From Terrimicrobiaceae bacterium (GTDB lineage: Bacteria; Verrucomicrobiota; Verrucomicrobiia; Chthoniobacterales; Terrimicrobiaceae), in NCBI GenBank assembly GCA_041752695.1, contig JBGSVZ010000070.1, forward strand, positions 20,809-84,808: a stretch of 64,000 bases of DNA, read 5' to 3'. The translations under genes were made by a program, and so were the position numbers. Of the stretch, positions 28,554-38,688 are shown in pieces (the stretch's first letter is position 1; the number at the start of each line of letters is the position of its first letter). The notes below the pieces were generated by a model that was given only the letters and a program-made list of their open reading frames with translations, did no database searches and was not told the origin of the DNA.

Positions 28554-29864
28554 CTAGGGAGAACGCAATCGCAGATAGACCGGTGACTCGCCCACCGGCA
28601 GCTTCACCGTTCCCGTGCTCCGGACGAAAGGGACGTTTTCCGGTGGACCTTCCTGCAACGGCATGCGTTCGGCTTCGAGAGGTTCGTCCGTCACGGTGAT
28701 GGATTTTTCGACTTCCCGCTGATCACCCGTAGGCGACCAGATCGCCCACACCGGCTCTTTTGGCCTTTCCGGATTGATGAATTCATAGATATAAAGATCG
28801 TCGGTTTGTCTAATGACCCTGGAGAAACGGAAGTCGCCCAAGGTTTTTTGCAGATGGGCCATGGCCCAGTACGCGGCCTTGGGCTCAAAATTGCGTGTCA
28901 GGCCCGAGGAGGCATGGAAGGACGGCTTGTCATCATCATTGTAATAATAGACATAGGCACGATCCAGCGCGAGCGAGGAGAAAATGAAAAACGAGCGCAC
29001 GATCCACTGGGCCTGTTCCGTTTCCGTGGAGGAAACCCACTTTGCCATATTACCCTCGGCTGGGGGTTCCTTCGACGAGGCGTCATAGCCGAATTCGGTC
29101 AGCCAGATCTCCTTGCCTGGGGCGTTTTTATCGCGCCATTTCTCAAGATCCTCCACGACCTTGAGATAGGGAATATCGGGATGTTCGGGAAAAACGCGCC
29201 GCCACGTTGGCCAGCCTTCGATCATCGAGTACGAATGGACGTTGATCACATCGTAAAGATCTTCCAGCCCTTTGATGGAGGCCATGTTTTTGGAATACTT
29301 GTCGGCGTCCCTAGCCATGGCGGCCGCGGTGACAATTTTCAATTTGGGATCGCCCTCGCGCAGCCCCTTAGCCAGACTTTTAAAGACCGTGCGGTAGGTG
29401 GCGTCATCATAGTCCACGGGCTCGTTGCCAATCTCCGCCGCCTCAACCAGGGCGGTCGGCGAGGATGGACCCAGAGCGGAGGCAAACGACCGTCCATATT
29501 CCTCCAAGATTAGCGCCATGTCATTCCAACGGTCTGGCTTGATAAAATCAAACTGCAGGGAGGCGTTGATCCGAAACCCCTCCGCCCTCCATGATCCATA
29601 AACCTTCTCCCAATCCACCAAGCCGCTGGAGTCAATTTTGATCCTCGAAAGCGGCAACTGCGGTGCCAAGGAAGCATCATCGCCAATGTCCCAAGGCATC
29701 GGATGATAGTTGCGCACCAGCGAGCAAGTCGGACGATACAGCCCAGGGCGAAAGTGGTAGTGGCCATTGATGCCCATGAAATCGCGGAGCAGCGGTTTCT
29801 CCGCGGAAAGAGAGACGGGAAAGGAAAGGGCCAGCAAAGAGGCAAGAGCGAAGGGCGTTCTCAT
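28554..29864 (-). CDS. Clan GH-A TIM-barrel glycoside hydrolase (GH5/GH39-like), secreted
   Basis: Signal peptide, acid/base EIGNEP, VINVHSY and nucleophile WLTEFGY. ATG at 29864. Confidence 0.75.
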   Translation of the reverse strand: MRTPFALASLLALSFPVSLSAEKPLLRDFMGINGHYHFRPGLYRPTCSLVRNYHPMPWDIGDDASLAPQLPLSRIKIDSSGLVDWEKVYGSWRAEGFRINASLQFDFIKPDRWNDMALILEEYGRSFASALGPSSPTALVEAAEIGNEPVDYDDATYRTVFKSLAKGLREGDPKLKIVTAAAMARDADKYSKNMASIKGLEDLYDVINVHSYSMIEGWPTWRRVFPEHPDIPYLKVVEDLEKWRDKNAPGKEIWLTEFGYDASSKEPPAEGNMAKWVSSTETEQAQWIVRSFFIFSSLALDRAYVYYYNDDDKPSFHASSGLTRNFEPKAAYWAMAHLQKTLGDFRFSRVIRQTDDLYIYEFINPERPKEPVWAIWSPTGDQREVEKSITVTDEPLEAERMPLQEGPPENVPFVRSTGTVKLPVGESPVYLRLRSP

Positions 29865-30004
29865 CAGGAATGGAGGGGTTGAAAAATTCGGAGCGCCTTC
29901 GCGTTTATGGCATGACCGGGAATTTACGACATACTCCAATTTTTGCCACGGCAGACAGCACACTCATTTTGATTCGAGCCAGGAATCCCCGTAGAGCGGA
30001 CGAT

Positions 30005-31135
30005 TTAATCTCGATACAAAAATCCCCAATCGACGGGAGCCCGGACGATCCGTGAGTTGTTGCCATGAAGAAGCACGCCTTGGGCCTCCCGGGTTATTTG
30101 CCTGACTGTCTCAAAACCCTTAGGCACCTCCGCCACGCCCATGATGATATTGACCACGAGAGGCTTTTTCCGACTCAACCTCAGCACGGTGGGGATACCC
30201 GCCTCGGACACGGCGTTTTTCGCGGAAGATTCGGCCAGTCCGTCATGAAAGTGGCTGGTCACTTCTTCGAGACCCAGCACCTGCCGGTGGCGTCCGTTCC
30301 ACGGTGGGTAATGCCGACCGCCATTGCTGTGCCAGAGCACCGTCGAAGCCAGCACGCGGGGGTCCTTGAGAGAAAACCAGACGTATTTCTCGCCCGGAAA
30401 AACGACCGCCGTCCACGCAAAATCTTCACCCGGCCGGGAACTGACCATAACCAGATCCTCGAACCCCGCTCTGGCTGGGTACCGCGTGAGATCGGTGGTG
30501 CCTCCCGCGGCCAACGGAACTTTCGCCAGGGTGCGAAACCTCGCCCCCGCCTTCAGTGCGCAATATCCCCCCATCTCCGGTTTTTCGAACACTCCCGGAT
30601 AGACCTGCCCAAAACCCGTCGGGCTTGTGCTGATGCGCCCGCCCGAGTCGGGAAATCGGAGCATCGCGTGATGCCCCAAATTCATCGGGCCGGAAGCCCC
30701 CCGCACGATATGTCGACAATAGACAGCCTGGTGTCCGGTCACCAGACGAATGGTTTTTTCCACCACCGCCTTTCGTACGTGCGTTTCGAGATGAAGCCGC
30801 AAAACTTCCTCACCGCCCTCGCGGCTCAGGCCGTCAAACGTCCAGGCCTCGTTGGCCGTTTCGCCGTGAGCCGGGTGCTTCTCGCCCCGCCATGTCCGGC
30901 CGTTTCCTCCAAAAGGCAGACAAAAAAAGTCGCCGCGCAGCACCCTCAGAATCTGAGGAAATCCTGGCCCAATCTGCTCCTCCGCCCAGGGCGCCACGTG
31001 GAACGGACTCACCACCCGCCGGGCGAATTGGAATTGCACCGGACCAAGATGTCCACCCTGCCGGGTGACCGCCGCCTGCACGCAATCGGATTCCAGAGCC
31101 CACGATGGCTGGCCGGAAACAGAGGACAGTTTCAT
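30005..31135 (-). CDS. Conserved hypothetical protein, galactose-mutarotase/aldose-epimerase-like fold
   Basis: GGHLGPV, LRGDFFCLPFG, HGE.AN..W, GHHAML and W.SNGGR...PWNGR motifs. ATG at 31135. Confidence 0.55.
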   Translation of the reverse strand: MKLSSVSGQPSWALESDCVQAAVTRQGGHLGPVQFQFARRVVSPFHVAPWAEEQIGPGFPQILRVLRGDFFCLPFGGNGRTWRGEKHPAHGETANEAWTFDGLSREGGEEVLRLHLETHVRKAVVEKTIRLVTGHQAVYCRHIVRGASGPMNLGHHAMLRFPDSGGRISTSPTGFGQVYPGVFEKPEMGGYCALKAGARFRTLAKVPLAAGGTTDLTRYPARAGFEDLVMVSSRPGEDFAWTAVVFPGEKYVWFSLKDPRVLASTVLWHSNGGRHYPPWNGRHRQVLGLEEVTSHFHDGLAESSAKNAVSEAGIPTVLRLSRKKPLVVNIIMGVAEVPKGFETVRQITREAQGVLLHGNNSRIVRAPVDWGFLYRD

Positions 31136-31212
31136 CTTTTTAATGAACCCGAAACCCTTCGCGAACTGGAGCGAAAAACGTGGCTGTGCCAAAAAAATCG
31201 AAATGTGCCCGG

Positions 31213-32502
31213 TCAGTCCTCCGGCCAGACCACCAGGACGGGCCTGCGGCATTTCTGCAAGACGCCAAGGGCAACCGATCCCAGAAGGCGGGCCGCCACG
31301 CCAGGCCGGGTGTGCGCGCCCACACAGACAATGTCGACGTTGTTCGTCTCGGCCGCTTCGCAGATACCTTGGACCACATCATCACAGGCCTCGACAAGCA
31401 CTTCGGTGCGAACGCCGCCGGTCCCCACGGGAATGACCTTTTCCAGTCGGGCGACGGCCTCGGAATCATCCTGCCATGCCGCTCCCGGAGGAGTTTTCAC
31501 GTTCAACAAAAACACCGCGCCCTCTGTACTCACAATCGAATAGGCCATAGGCAGAGCCAGGGAGTCGGACTTCTCCAGATCAACCGCCGCGAGCACGCGA
31601 CGACATCTTCGCATGGCCGGCGCACCCTGCACCGGCACGCAGGCCACGTTCATCGGGGCATGGCGCAATATCCCGCGAGAAACCGATCCCCGCGTCCAGC
31701 GCTCCAGGCCCATCCGGTGATGCGTCCCGACGACCAGGAGGTCGGCCCCCGTTTCCACCGCCAGTCCGACCAGATGGGCGTCCACGCGACCCCAGCCAGG
31801 CTGCACGATGATGCCGGTTTCGCCGCCTGTCTCCGCGCCGACCATTTCCCGGAAGTCCCGTTCGAGAACCTGTTGGATTTCGGGCGAATTCGCGGTGAGG
31901 TCAAGGGGCCCTCCAACCCCCAGCCGCTCCCGCTCGGCAGGAGGCCAATTGACATAAGCAGCGGTTAATTGACAGGAGCCCAGACTGCGCAAACCCGCCG
32001 CCCAGCGCAGGGCCTCCCGCGCACTGTCGGAAAAATCGGCCGCCACCAGGACCTTGAGGAGCCGGTGACCCGCCGCCCAGTCCACGAAAATGTCGGGTTG
32101 CCGGACCACCAATGTTGGCACGGGGGCGGACTCGGCCACCGCCTCGGAGACACTGCCCAGCGTCCATCGGTCGATTGCGGTTTTACTTACCGGTGAGACC
32201 ACCAGGAGTTCCACGTCCGGGCGTAGCGCCACCTCTTCCACCATGGTCCGTCCGGCCCACTCGCCCAGCAACAACTCACCGTTCACCGAGACGCCGGTGT
32301 CGGCCAGCCGTACCGATTCATCATGCAACTGACGGCGGGCGGCGGCGTGGGCTTCGGTTGGCTCGTCCTCATCCGACACATGGAAAAGCGTCAGGGTCTT
32401 CCCGCCGATCCGGGCCAGGGCGGCCGCGGCGTTGGCAGCTCCCTGGGCATTGGCGGAGAAATCGGTGCCGCAGACGATGGTTTTTCGGGGGGAATTTTTC
32501 AT
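31213..32502 (-). CDS. Universal stress protein (three tandem Usp domains)
   Basis: Three repeats of the pattern (G/A)(T/A/V)D(F/L)...GSV(S/A): LGSVSEAV, RGSVSRGI and LGSVALGV. Confidence 0.9.
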   Translation of the reverse strand: MKNSPRKTIVCGTDFSANAQGAANAAAALARIGGKTLTLFHVSDEDEPTEAHAAARRQLHDESVRLADTGVSVNGELLLGEWAGRTMVEEVALRPDVELLVVSPVSKTAIDRWTLGSVSEAVAESAPVPTLVVRQPDIFVDWAAGHRLLKVLVAADFSDSAREALRWAAGLRSLGSCQLTAAYVNWPPAERERLGVGGPLDLTANSPEIQQVLERDFREMVGAETGGETGIIVQPGWGRVDAHLVGLAVETGADLLVVGTHHRMGLERWTRGSVSRGILRHAPMNVACVPVQGAPAMRRCRRVLAAVDLEKSDSLALPMAYSIVSTEGAVFLLNVKTPPGAAWQDDSEAVARLEKVIPVGTGGVRTEVLVEACDDVVQGICEAAETNNVDIVCVGAHTRPGVAARLLGSVALGVLQKCRRPVLVVWPED

Positions 32503-32590
32503 GGCCTTAACGCTTATTTTGGATCATTCGGGAGGCTCCCGGCCCGGCGGAGTTTCCGGGCCAATTTCTTGAGGGGTCGGTTTCATGGGT

Positions 32591-33055
32591 TCAGCCGGCC
32601 ACCTCGCAAAGGTCCAACAGCCGGACCCGGGTGGATTGGAGACGTTGCAGCACCAGCCCGCCCACGCGGATGGCCAGGCAATACCCAAAGGCGGGATTAT
32701 CCGCGGCAAGGGTGCGCAGTTTGTCCGCGTCAAAAACAATGGCCTCGGTCGATGTGGTGGCACGGGCACTGAAGTGCCATTGATACGGCGGAAAGAGCCA
32801 CGACCAGCCAAGCGCCTCCCCGGCACCCAAAGTTAGCAAAGTAATGACCCCTTCACCAGGGATATACGGCGTCTCCAGAGCGATCTCTCCTTCGATGATG
32901 AGATAGAACCGGCCGGCGTCGAAGTCCTTCTTGAAGAGTTGTTCGTGCGCGCGGAAGTTTTCCAGTCTCGCGCATCCAGCCAGCATGGGCAGGTATTCCG
33001 GCGGCAGATCGTGAAAAAACGGGTGATCGGCAATGGTCATTTCGAGGGTTTTCAT
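32591..33055 (-). CDS. Stand-alone cyclic nucleotide-binding domain protein (Crp/Fnr-like, no HTH)
   Basis: HPFFHDL, FYLIIEGEI and LG.GEALGWSWLFPPY.W.FSARA motifs. 154 aa. Confidence 0.85.
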   Translation of the reverse strand: MKTLEMTIADHPFFHDLPPEYLPMLAGCARLENFRAHEQLFKKDFDAGRFYLIIEGEIALETPYIPGEGVITLLTLGAGEALGWSWLFPPYQWHFSARATTSTEAIVFDADKLRTLAADNPAFGYCLAIRVGGLVLQRLQSTRVRLLDLCEVAG

Positions 33056-33242
33056 AAAGAGCTTTTCTTGATGAAAAGATAACGCTCCCGGGAAACGCCG
33101 CCTTCCGATCCTTGTCCGATCCCAACCCTTTTTTGGCGCCCTGAAAATGCCGGAAATCGTCTGAAAAATGCCAATTCCCGGTTAGCGGCCCACCCTCCCG
33201 CGTGCGACAAATACCTCGGAGCAAAACCGGCCTCCCTCCCAT

Positions 33243-34214
33243 ATGACACCGGACCTCACCGCCACCTACCTCGGACTCACGCTGCGAAGCCCGCTCGTCC
33301 CCTCCGCCTCGCCCCGCAGCGAATTGGTCAGTAATGTCGAACGCATGGCCGAGGCCGGAGCCGGGGCCGTGGTGTTTCATTCCCTCTTTGCCGAACAGCT
33401 CGAACCGGGTCACGCCGACGATTTCAAAATCTCTCCGGAGGAATATTGTCGGCACATCACCACCGCCCGGCAGCATGTGTCCATTCCGCTGATTGCCAGC
33501 ATGAACGCCACCGTCTGCGGCAGTTGGCTGGATGCCGCGCGGAGGATCGAGGATGCGGGAGCGCACGCCATCGAGCTGAACCTCTACCACGGCCCGGAAG
33601 TCTCCTCAAAAACGTCCGCGCAGATTGAGGAAGACGCCATCGAAACCGTTCGCCGCCTGACAAAAACCGTGACCATCCCCGTGGCGGTCAAACTTACCCC
33701 ATACTACACCAACCTCTTTCACCTCGCCCGAGACTTTGAATTCGCCGGAGCCCGGGGCCTTGTCCTTTTCACCCGTTTCTCCGTGCCCGACCCCGGCGCC
33801 CTCCATGGAAGGAATTTTCTCACCCTCCCCCTTAGTAGTCCGGTGGACATGCAACTGCCCATGCACTGGATCGCTGTGCTCTCCCGGCGGCTGGGCGTCT
33901 CCCTGGCAGCCACCGGCGGCATCCAGCGTTCGTCCGACGTGATCCGCATGATCATGGCCGGTGCGGACATCGCCATGATCTGTTCCGTACTCCTCCGCCG
34001 CGGCATTTCGTATCTCGCGGAATTGGAGCGGGGCCTCGTGGAATGGATGAATGAACTCGGCTACTCGCGCATTGGGGACTTTCAAAAATGCCTGAGTTTT
34101 CCCCCGGAGAGCGAACCGGGGATCACCGAACGGAAAAATTACATCCGCCTCCTCACTCACTCCGAACACGCCCTCAATTCCCTCGCGCAAATCGAGCGGA
34201 GAAATGGAACGTAA
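33243..34214 (+). CDS. Dihydroorotate dehydrogenase-like FMN protein
   Basis: YLGLTLRSPLV.SASP, GAVV..SLF.EQ, IELNLY, IPVAVKLTPY and LAATGG motifs. Confidence 0.85.
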   Translation: MTPDLTATYLGLTLRSPLVPSASPRSELVSNVERMAEAGAGAVVFHSLFAEQLEPGHADDFKISPEEYCRHITTARQHVSIPLIASMNATVCGSWLDAARRIEDAGAHAIELNLYHGPEVSSKTSAQIEEDAIETVRRLTKTVTIPVAVKLTPYYTNLFHLARDFEFAGARGLVLFTRFSVPDPGALHGRNFLTLPLSSPVDMQLPMHWIAVLSRRLGVSLAATGGIQRSSDVIRMIMAGADIAMICSVLLRRGISYLAELERGLVEWMNELGYSRIGDFQKCLSFPPESEPGITERKNYIRLLTHSEHALNSLAQIERRNGT

Positions 34215-34229
34215 AACAATCGGCACAGA

Positions 34230-34970
34230 TCAAGGCAACGTCAGGGCCGACCGGAGTAACATCGCGAAACCATCCGCATTTTCCTCGCCCCGTCGTTCCA
34301 GCACAAGGCGCAGGAGCGAGGAGGAGAAAAAATACACCCTTCCCTTGCCCACCCTGTTGACCGTGACAAATGGCACCGAGTTGCCGTCCGAAACCATTGT
34401 GGCCAGTTGATCCGCCGAGGTCACGGCGCTGGCGATGGGAAGAGAGGACAATTGCCATTCCATCACCGACGGCACACTCTGGCCCGCCGCAGCCAACCAT
34501 TTCTCCCCATCAGAGGTGAGAGAAATCCCTGAGCACTCGGTCACGTCGGGAATGCTCCCGAACCCCGTCAGATCTGCCCCAGCCCCAAGAGACCTTTTCG
34601 GAAAGACATTGGTAATGCCGTAATGGCAGAAAACCACCACGCCCCCCGACTTCAGGTAGGCTTGCACGATCTCAAGATTTTCCGGGTCGCTCCAGGTGGC
34701 ATTCGCCGCATTCAGAGCCTTTTCGTCCCGCTCAGCGAACACGATCGCGCGATATTTGGCATAGTCCGCCACTGGGATGGGGATTTCACTAAAGCGTTCC
34801 ACGGTCAAACCGAGCGGAGAGACGACGCGATTCGAAATCTCCGAAATGGCAGGGTCTGGTCCGGACACGGCCACAATCGTGGAAGTTTCTGGAAGGGTCT
34901 GGGCTTGGACACCAAGAACCATGGCCAGACTGACGAAAACCGAACGCGCGAAAACCGAAATGATATCCAC
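34230..34970 (-). CDS. Secreted hypothetical protein, class I glutamine-amidotransferase-like (flavodoxin-like) domain
   Basis: Signal-like N-terminus from GTG 34970 (start uncertain). YRAIVF...YLKSGGVVVF...NRVGKGRVYFF resembles the N-terminal domain of the two DUF4838-like proteins. Confidence 0.6.
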   Translation of the reverse strand: MDIISVFARSVFVSLAMVLGVQAQTLPETSTIVAVSGPDPAISEISNRVVSPLGLTVERFSEIPIPVADYAKYRAIVFAERDEKALNAANATWSDPENLEIVQAYLKSGGVVVFCHYGITNVFPKRSLGAGADLTGFGSIPDVTECSGISLTSDGEKWLAAAGQSVPSVMEWQLSSLPIASAVTSADQLATMVSDGNSVPFVTVNRVGKGRVYFFSSSLLRLVLERRGEENADGFAMLLRSALTLP

Positions 34971-35150
34971 GGCCTGGAGCCTCTCAGGGCGCGTCTGCCC
35001 AGCCAATCCCCGAGTCTTGCAAAATACGACGAAAGGCATGGACAAATCGGCCCGGATTTCCGTCTGGACGATGTCCTGCGCGTTTTTTGTCCATGCTTTG
35101 CTTCCTGTCCTGCATGGCCAAACAGGAAGATTTCCGTATTCTGCACCCCC

Positions 35151-35849
35151 ATGACGAAGAAGGAGCTCAAGGGATTTACTATGGTCGAGGTCCTTGCCGC
35201 CATTGGCATCACGGTGGTCCTGGCCGCCCTGCTCCTCCCCGCCATCGGAAACGCCCGCAAGTCCGCCCAGAATTCTCAGTGCGTCTCAAATCTCCGGCAG
35301 CTCGGGACGGCCTGGCTGACGTTCGCCAACGACAATGGTGGGCGGCTCGCCTCTGTGAGTTGGGTGAACACGACAGGGAATTCGGACTACCCCGGCCTGC
35401 GGGAATACGTTGGGCTACCCGCCAGCCTGGGGGGCCAGCCGTGGCTGCGGGCCACCGTCTTTACCTGTCCGCGCCTGCAGGCGAATCCCGCCACAGCCAC
35501 CAAGGAGAACTTTTTCCGGAGCTACGGGGTCAACGAGCTGGCTTGTGATCTGCATTTTCCTGGCGCCACCTATGGGAACCAAAAACGCCGGCTCTCCAAC
35601 ATCACCCGACCGTCCCAGTTTGCCGTGGCCATGGATGGCTCGATTCCGACGGGGAGTTCTCCTTCTTCGCTCTACGCCGTTACTTGTTCAAACCGCGAGG
35701 GCAAGGAGCAACTCGTCCAGCGCCCTCATGGTCCCGCCGCCAATATGGCGCATGTCCTCTTTGCCGATGGGCACGTGGCGGCGACCGAGGCGACCGTTAT
35801 TCTTGATACGTCCGGCACGTCCGTCTTCTGGCGTGACCCATCCAATTAA
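35151..35849 (+). CDS. Prepilin-type N-terminal cleavage/methylation protein with C-terminal H-X9-DG-type domain (DUF1559-like)
   Basis: KG|FTMVEVLAAIGITVVLAALLLPAIGNARKSA...CVSNLRQLG, then F.CP, SYG.N and PH...AHVLFADGHV. ATG at 35151. Confidence 0.9.
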   Translation: MTKKELKGFTMVEVLAAIGITVVLAALLLPAIGNARKSAQNSQCVSNLRQLGTAWLTFANDNGGRLASVSWVNTTGNSDYPGLREYVGLPASLGGQPWLRATVFTCPRLQANPATATKENFFRSYGVNELACDLHFPGATYGNQKRRLSNITRPSQFAVAMDGSIPTGSSPSSLYAVTCSNREGKEQLVQRPHGPAANMAHVLFADGHVAATEATVILDTSGTSVFWRDPSN

Positions 35850-35878
35850 GCCGGCGGCAACGCCTCGCCGGAGTTTTT

Positions 35879-37210
35879 ATGAGCAAAAATCAATACGCCA
35901 TCGCGGGGCTTTCCATCCGCGGCATCTACGCCTTCGTGCTTCCCCTGCTGGGACGCGCGTCGTCGTTCGGCAACAACGACTTCAGCGGGGAAGCGGATCT
36001 GACCGCCATCGTGGATCCTGATGCAGGGCGGGCCGAACATTTTTGCCGCACGGTCGGGCGGGACTTCCCCATTTATGCGCCGTCGAATTTTTCGCAAATG
36101 CTGGCGGAGACCGATCCCCAAACCGTCATCGTGACCGGGCCGGATTACACCCACCACGACTACATCGTGCAGTCCCTCCGAGCCGGGAAAACGGTCATCA
36201 CGGAAAAACCCATGGTCATTTCCGCCGAGCAGGCCCGCTCGGTGCTGACCGCAGAAAAGGAGAGCGGACAACGGGTTTTCCTGGCGCATAATTATCGCTA
36301 CATGCCCCTGATGCAGTCCCTGAAAAACCTGCTCCTGGAAGGCAAAGTCGGTCGCATTACTAACGTCGAATTCACCTACAACCTCGATACTTTCCACGGC
36401 TCGAGTTACTTTTTTCGCTGGAATCGCGAACGCGGAAAATCCGGCGGGCTCAACATTCACAAATGCTGCCACCATTTTGACCTCATCAATTGGCTGCTGG
36501 CGGATCACCCGGAGACGCTTTGTGCGTTTGGTCGCCGCAACTACTACGGTCCAGAAGGTGCACACCGCCCGCGAGGCGCGGACGGCCAGCCTCTCAGTCC
36601 GCAGGACACCAAGGAACAGGACCCGTATTTTCAACGTCATTACGCGGAACATTTTGCCGCCGACAGCAACGAAATCGGGACGGGGTGGGACGAGTTTAAA
36701 ATCTCCTACGACCAGCAATATCCTGCTTCGGAGCCGCGGTATATTTACGATGACGTCATCGACATCGAAGACACCTACGGCGTGCTGATGGAATACCGCC
36801 GGGGAGCCATCGTGACGTATTCCTGCAACTTTTCCACGCCTTGGGAGGGTTTCATTATTGGCATCAATGGCACCAAAGGGCGCCTGGAGATTGCCCATCA
36901 CTCCAACCCCGATCCGACAGGCCGCCTGGTGCGGGCCCTGCCGACGGCGGAGATTGTCTTCTATCCCCTCTTCGGCGGTCGGGAGGTTATTCCCGTGCCG
37001 CCCGCCCAGGGTGGTCACGACGGAGCAGACCCCTTCATGCAGCGCGACCTCTTCCGCAGTCAGAGTGACGATTCCCGGCGGCTGGGACTGATGGCCACTT
37101 CCTACGAAGGGGCCACGGCGGTCTGCCAGGGCGAGGGAGTCTTTCGCTCCCTCACGAGCAAACAAACCGTGACCCTCCAGGAACTGCTTGGCGAACACTA
37201 CGTCCCTTAG
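35879..37210 (+). CDS. Gfo/Idh/MocA-family oxidoreductase
   Basis: VITEKPM, NYRY, HG.SYF.RW.R, HKCCHHFDL.NW and GGHDGAD motifs. Confidence 0.9.
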   Translation: MSKNQYAIAGLSIRGIYAFVLPLLGRASSFGNNDFSGEADLTAIVDPDAGRAEHFCRTVGRDFPIYAPSNFSQMLAETDPQTVIVTGPDYTHHDYIVQSLRAGKTVITEKPMVISAEQARSVLTAEKESGQRVFLAHNYRYMPLMQSLKNLLLEGKVGRITNVEFTYNLDTFHGSSYFFRWNRERGKSGGLNIHKCCHHFDLINWLLADHPETLCAFGRRNYYGPEGAHRPRGADGQPLSPQDTKEQDPYFQRHYAEHFAADSNEIGTGWDEFKISYDQQYPASEPRYIYDDVIDIEDTYGVLMEYRRGAIVTYSCNFSTPWEGFIIGINGTKGRLEIAHHSNPDPTGRLVRALPTAEIVFYPLFGGREVIPVPPAQGGHDGADPFMQRDLFRSQSDDSRRLGLMATSYEGATAVCQGEGVFRSLTSKQTVTLQELLGEHYVP

Positions 37211-37219
37211 ATTTTTTGC

Positions 37220-38572
37220 ATGATCAAGACGCTGCAAAAGTCTGTGTCTTGGTGGGCCATCGCCCTGCTCACCACCACAACCGGGGTGCAGTCCATCGTG
37301 GAGGCGACCTCGGGTGCTCCCCTCACCTTTACGCTGAAAAAGTTTATTGATGATCCTGCCCTCATCGCATTCCTCGGCAGCATCAATCTGGCGTTCAGCT
37401 TTCTCGTTGCGCCTTATGTAAGTTGGAAAAGCGACCGCATCTGGACCCGCTTTGGCCGTCGCAAACCCTTCCTCATTGCGGGGTGGTCCGTGCTGGCCCT
37501 GGCGCTGATTGCCTGTCCCCTGGCTCCCCAGCTTTGGATGCTGGTGGGGGTGGTGATCGTCTGGCAGTTTGCCACCGACTTCGGATATGGCGCAGTTTGG
37601 AGTCCCTTGCTTTACGAGGTCGTTCCACCCGCCCAGCGTGGTCGGGCGGTGGTGATCAAGCGCCTAATGAGTACGTCCGCGCTGGTGTTCTTCAACTATG
37701 TCCTTCTCTCGCAGTTCGACGCCATTCACAGCATCTCGCTGCCCTTGGCGGGAAACATCACCCTAACCGGCGAGCAGGTCATCTATTTTGTGGCGGCCGC
37801 GCTCGTTGTGTTCGCCGTCATCAACCTGGCGTGCAATGTCCGGGAGACCGAACCCGTCGGACATCACACCAAGGAAAAATTCCACCTCTTTCGTTATCTC
37901 CGCGAGGTTTTTGGCAGTCGGCAGTGGATCATGATTTACCTCCTGCTGTTTTGCTCGGTCAGCCTTTCCGCCAGTCTCGGTCAGCTTTCGCCCCTGCTCA
38001 TCACCGAGCAGTTTGGCTACTCCAAAAAGCTTCTCGGCGAGATGCAGACCTGGCAACTCCTGCTGAATGTTTTTGTCGCCCTGCCGATCGCCGGCCTGAT
38101 TGCAGACCGGTTCGACCGCTTCCGGGTTTTTCAAGTCGGGCTCTTTCTGTCCACCGTCCACGCCCTGGTTTTTTGGTTTTGGGTCAAAATGGGCACCCCG
38201 GGAGGCATCCCGGCTCCCGCCGTGATCATCGCCTTCGGACTGGCCAATGCCATCGTCGATACCATCGCCGCCCTCGCGCTGGAGCCCTTCTTTTATGACC
38301 TCACGCCGCCCAATCAGATGGGCACGATGAATTCCGGATTTCTCATCGTCTCCAACATTCTTAAGATGGGTTTGGTGACTGGGGTGGGCCTCTGGGTCAA
38401 ATATTACTCCGCCTTCTTCGCCGCTCCCGGCACCTATGATTACATGAGCGGCTACCTCTTCATCTTTCTGGCCGGTCTGGTCGGCGTGGCTATCAGTGTC
38501 TTTTTTGCCCATGAAAGGCGCGCCGGCCGCATCAAGCAGTATGGCGCCGACGCTCAACCTGCATCGGCTTAG
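37220..38572 (+). CDS. MFS transporter
   Basis: About 12 hydrophobic segments with SDRIWTRFGRRKPF and LIADRFDR motifs. Confidence 0.9.
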   Translation: MIKTLQKSVSWWAIALLTTTTGVQSIVEATSGAPLTFTLKKFIDDPALIAFLGSINLAFSFLVAPYVSWKSDRIWTRFGRRKPFLIAGWSVLALALIACPLAPQLWMLVGVVIVWQFATDFGYGAVWSPLLYEVVPPAQRGRAVVIKRLMSTSALVFFNYVLLSQFDAIHSISLPLAGNITLTGEQVIYFVAAALVVFAVINLACNVRETEPVGHHTKEKFHLFRYLREVFGSRQWIMIYLLLFCSVSLSASLGQLSPLLITEQFGYSKKLLGEMQTWQLLLNVFVALPIAGLIADRFDRFRVFQVGLFLSTVHALVFWFWVKMGTPGGIPAPAVIIAFGLANAIVDTIAALALEPFFYDLTPPNQMGTMNSGFLIVSNILKMGLVTGVGLWVKYYSAFFAAPGTYDYMSGYLFIFLAGLVGVAISVFFAHERRAGRIKQYGADAQPASA

Positions 38573-38688
38573 GACGAATCTGGCAGCCGACTGCCCCTTT
38601 CGTCCATGTCATGTAGCATTTATTGCAGGGCTTGAGAATTGTTGAACGCCCTACCCGTGAGAGGGTTACGGGAAATAGCTCCATCATC

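Noticed and set aside
30065..31543. 492-aa plus-strand ORF (also 27248-28285 and 52991-54331)
   Set aside because: His/Arg-rich antisense shadows of supported minus-strand genes.
32524..32586. 20-codon ORF MKPTPQEIGPETPPGREPPE between the cNMP and Usp genes
   Set aside because: Too short and low-complexity to support without conservation or ribosome-profiling data.
33067..33080. Possible FNR box TTGAT-N4-AGATA
   Set aside because: The second half-site does not match ATCAA, and the site lies very close to the start codon.
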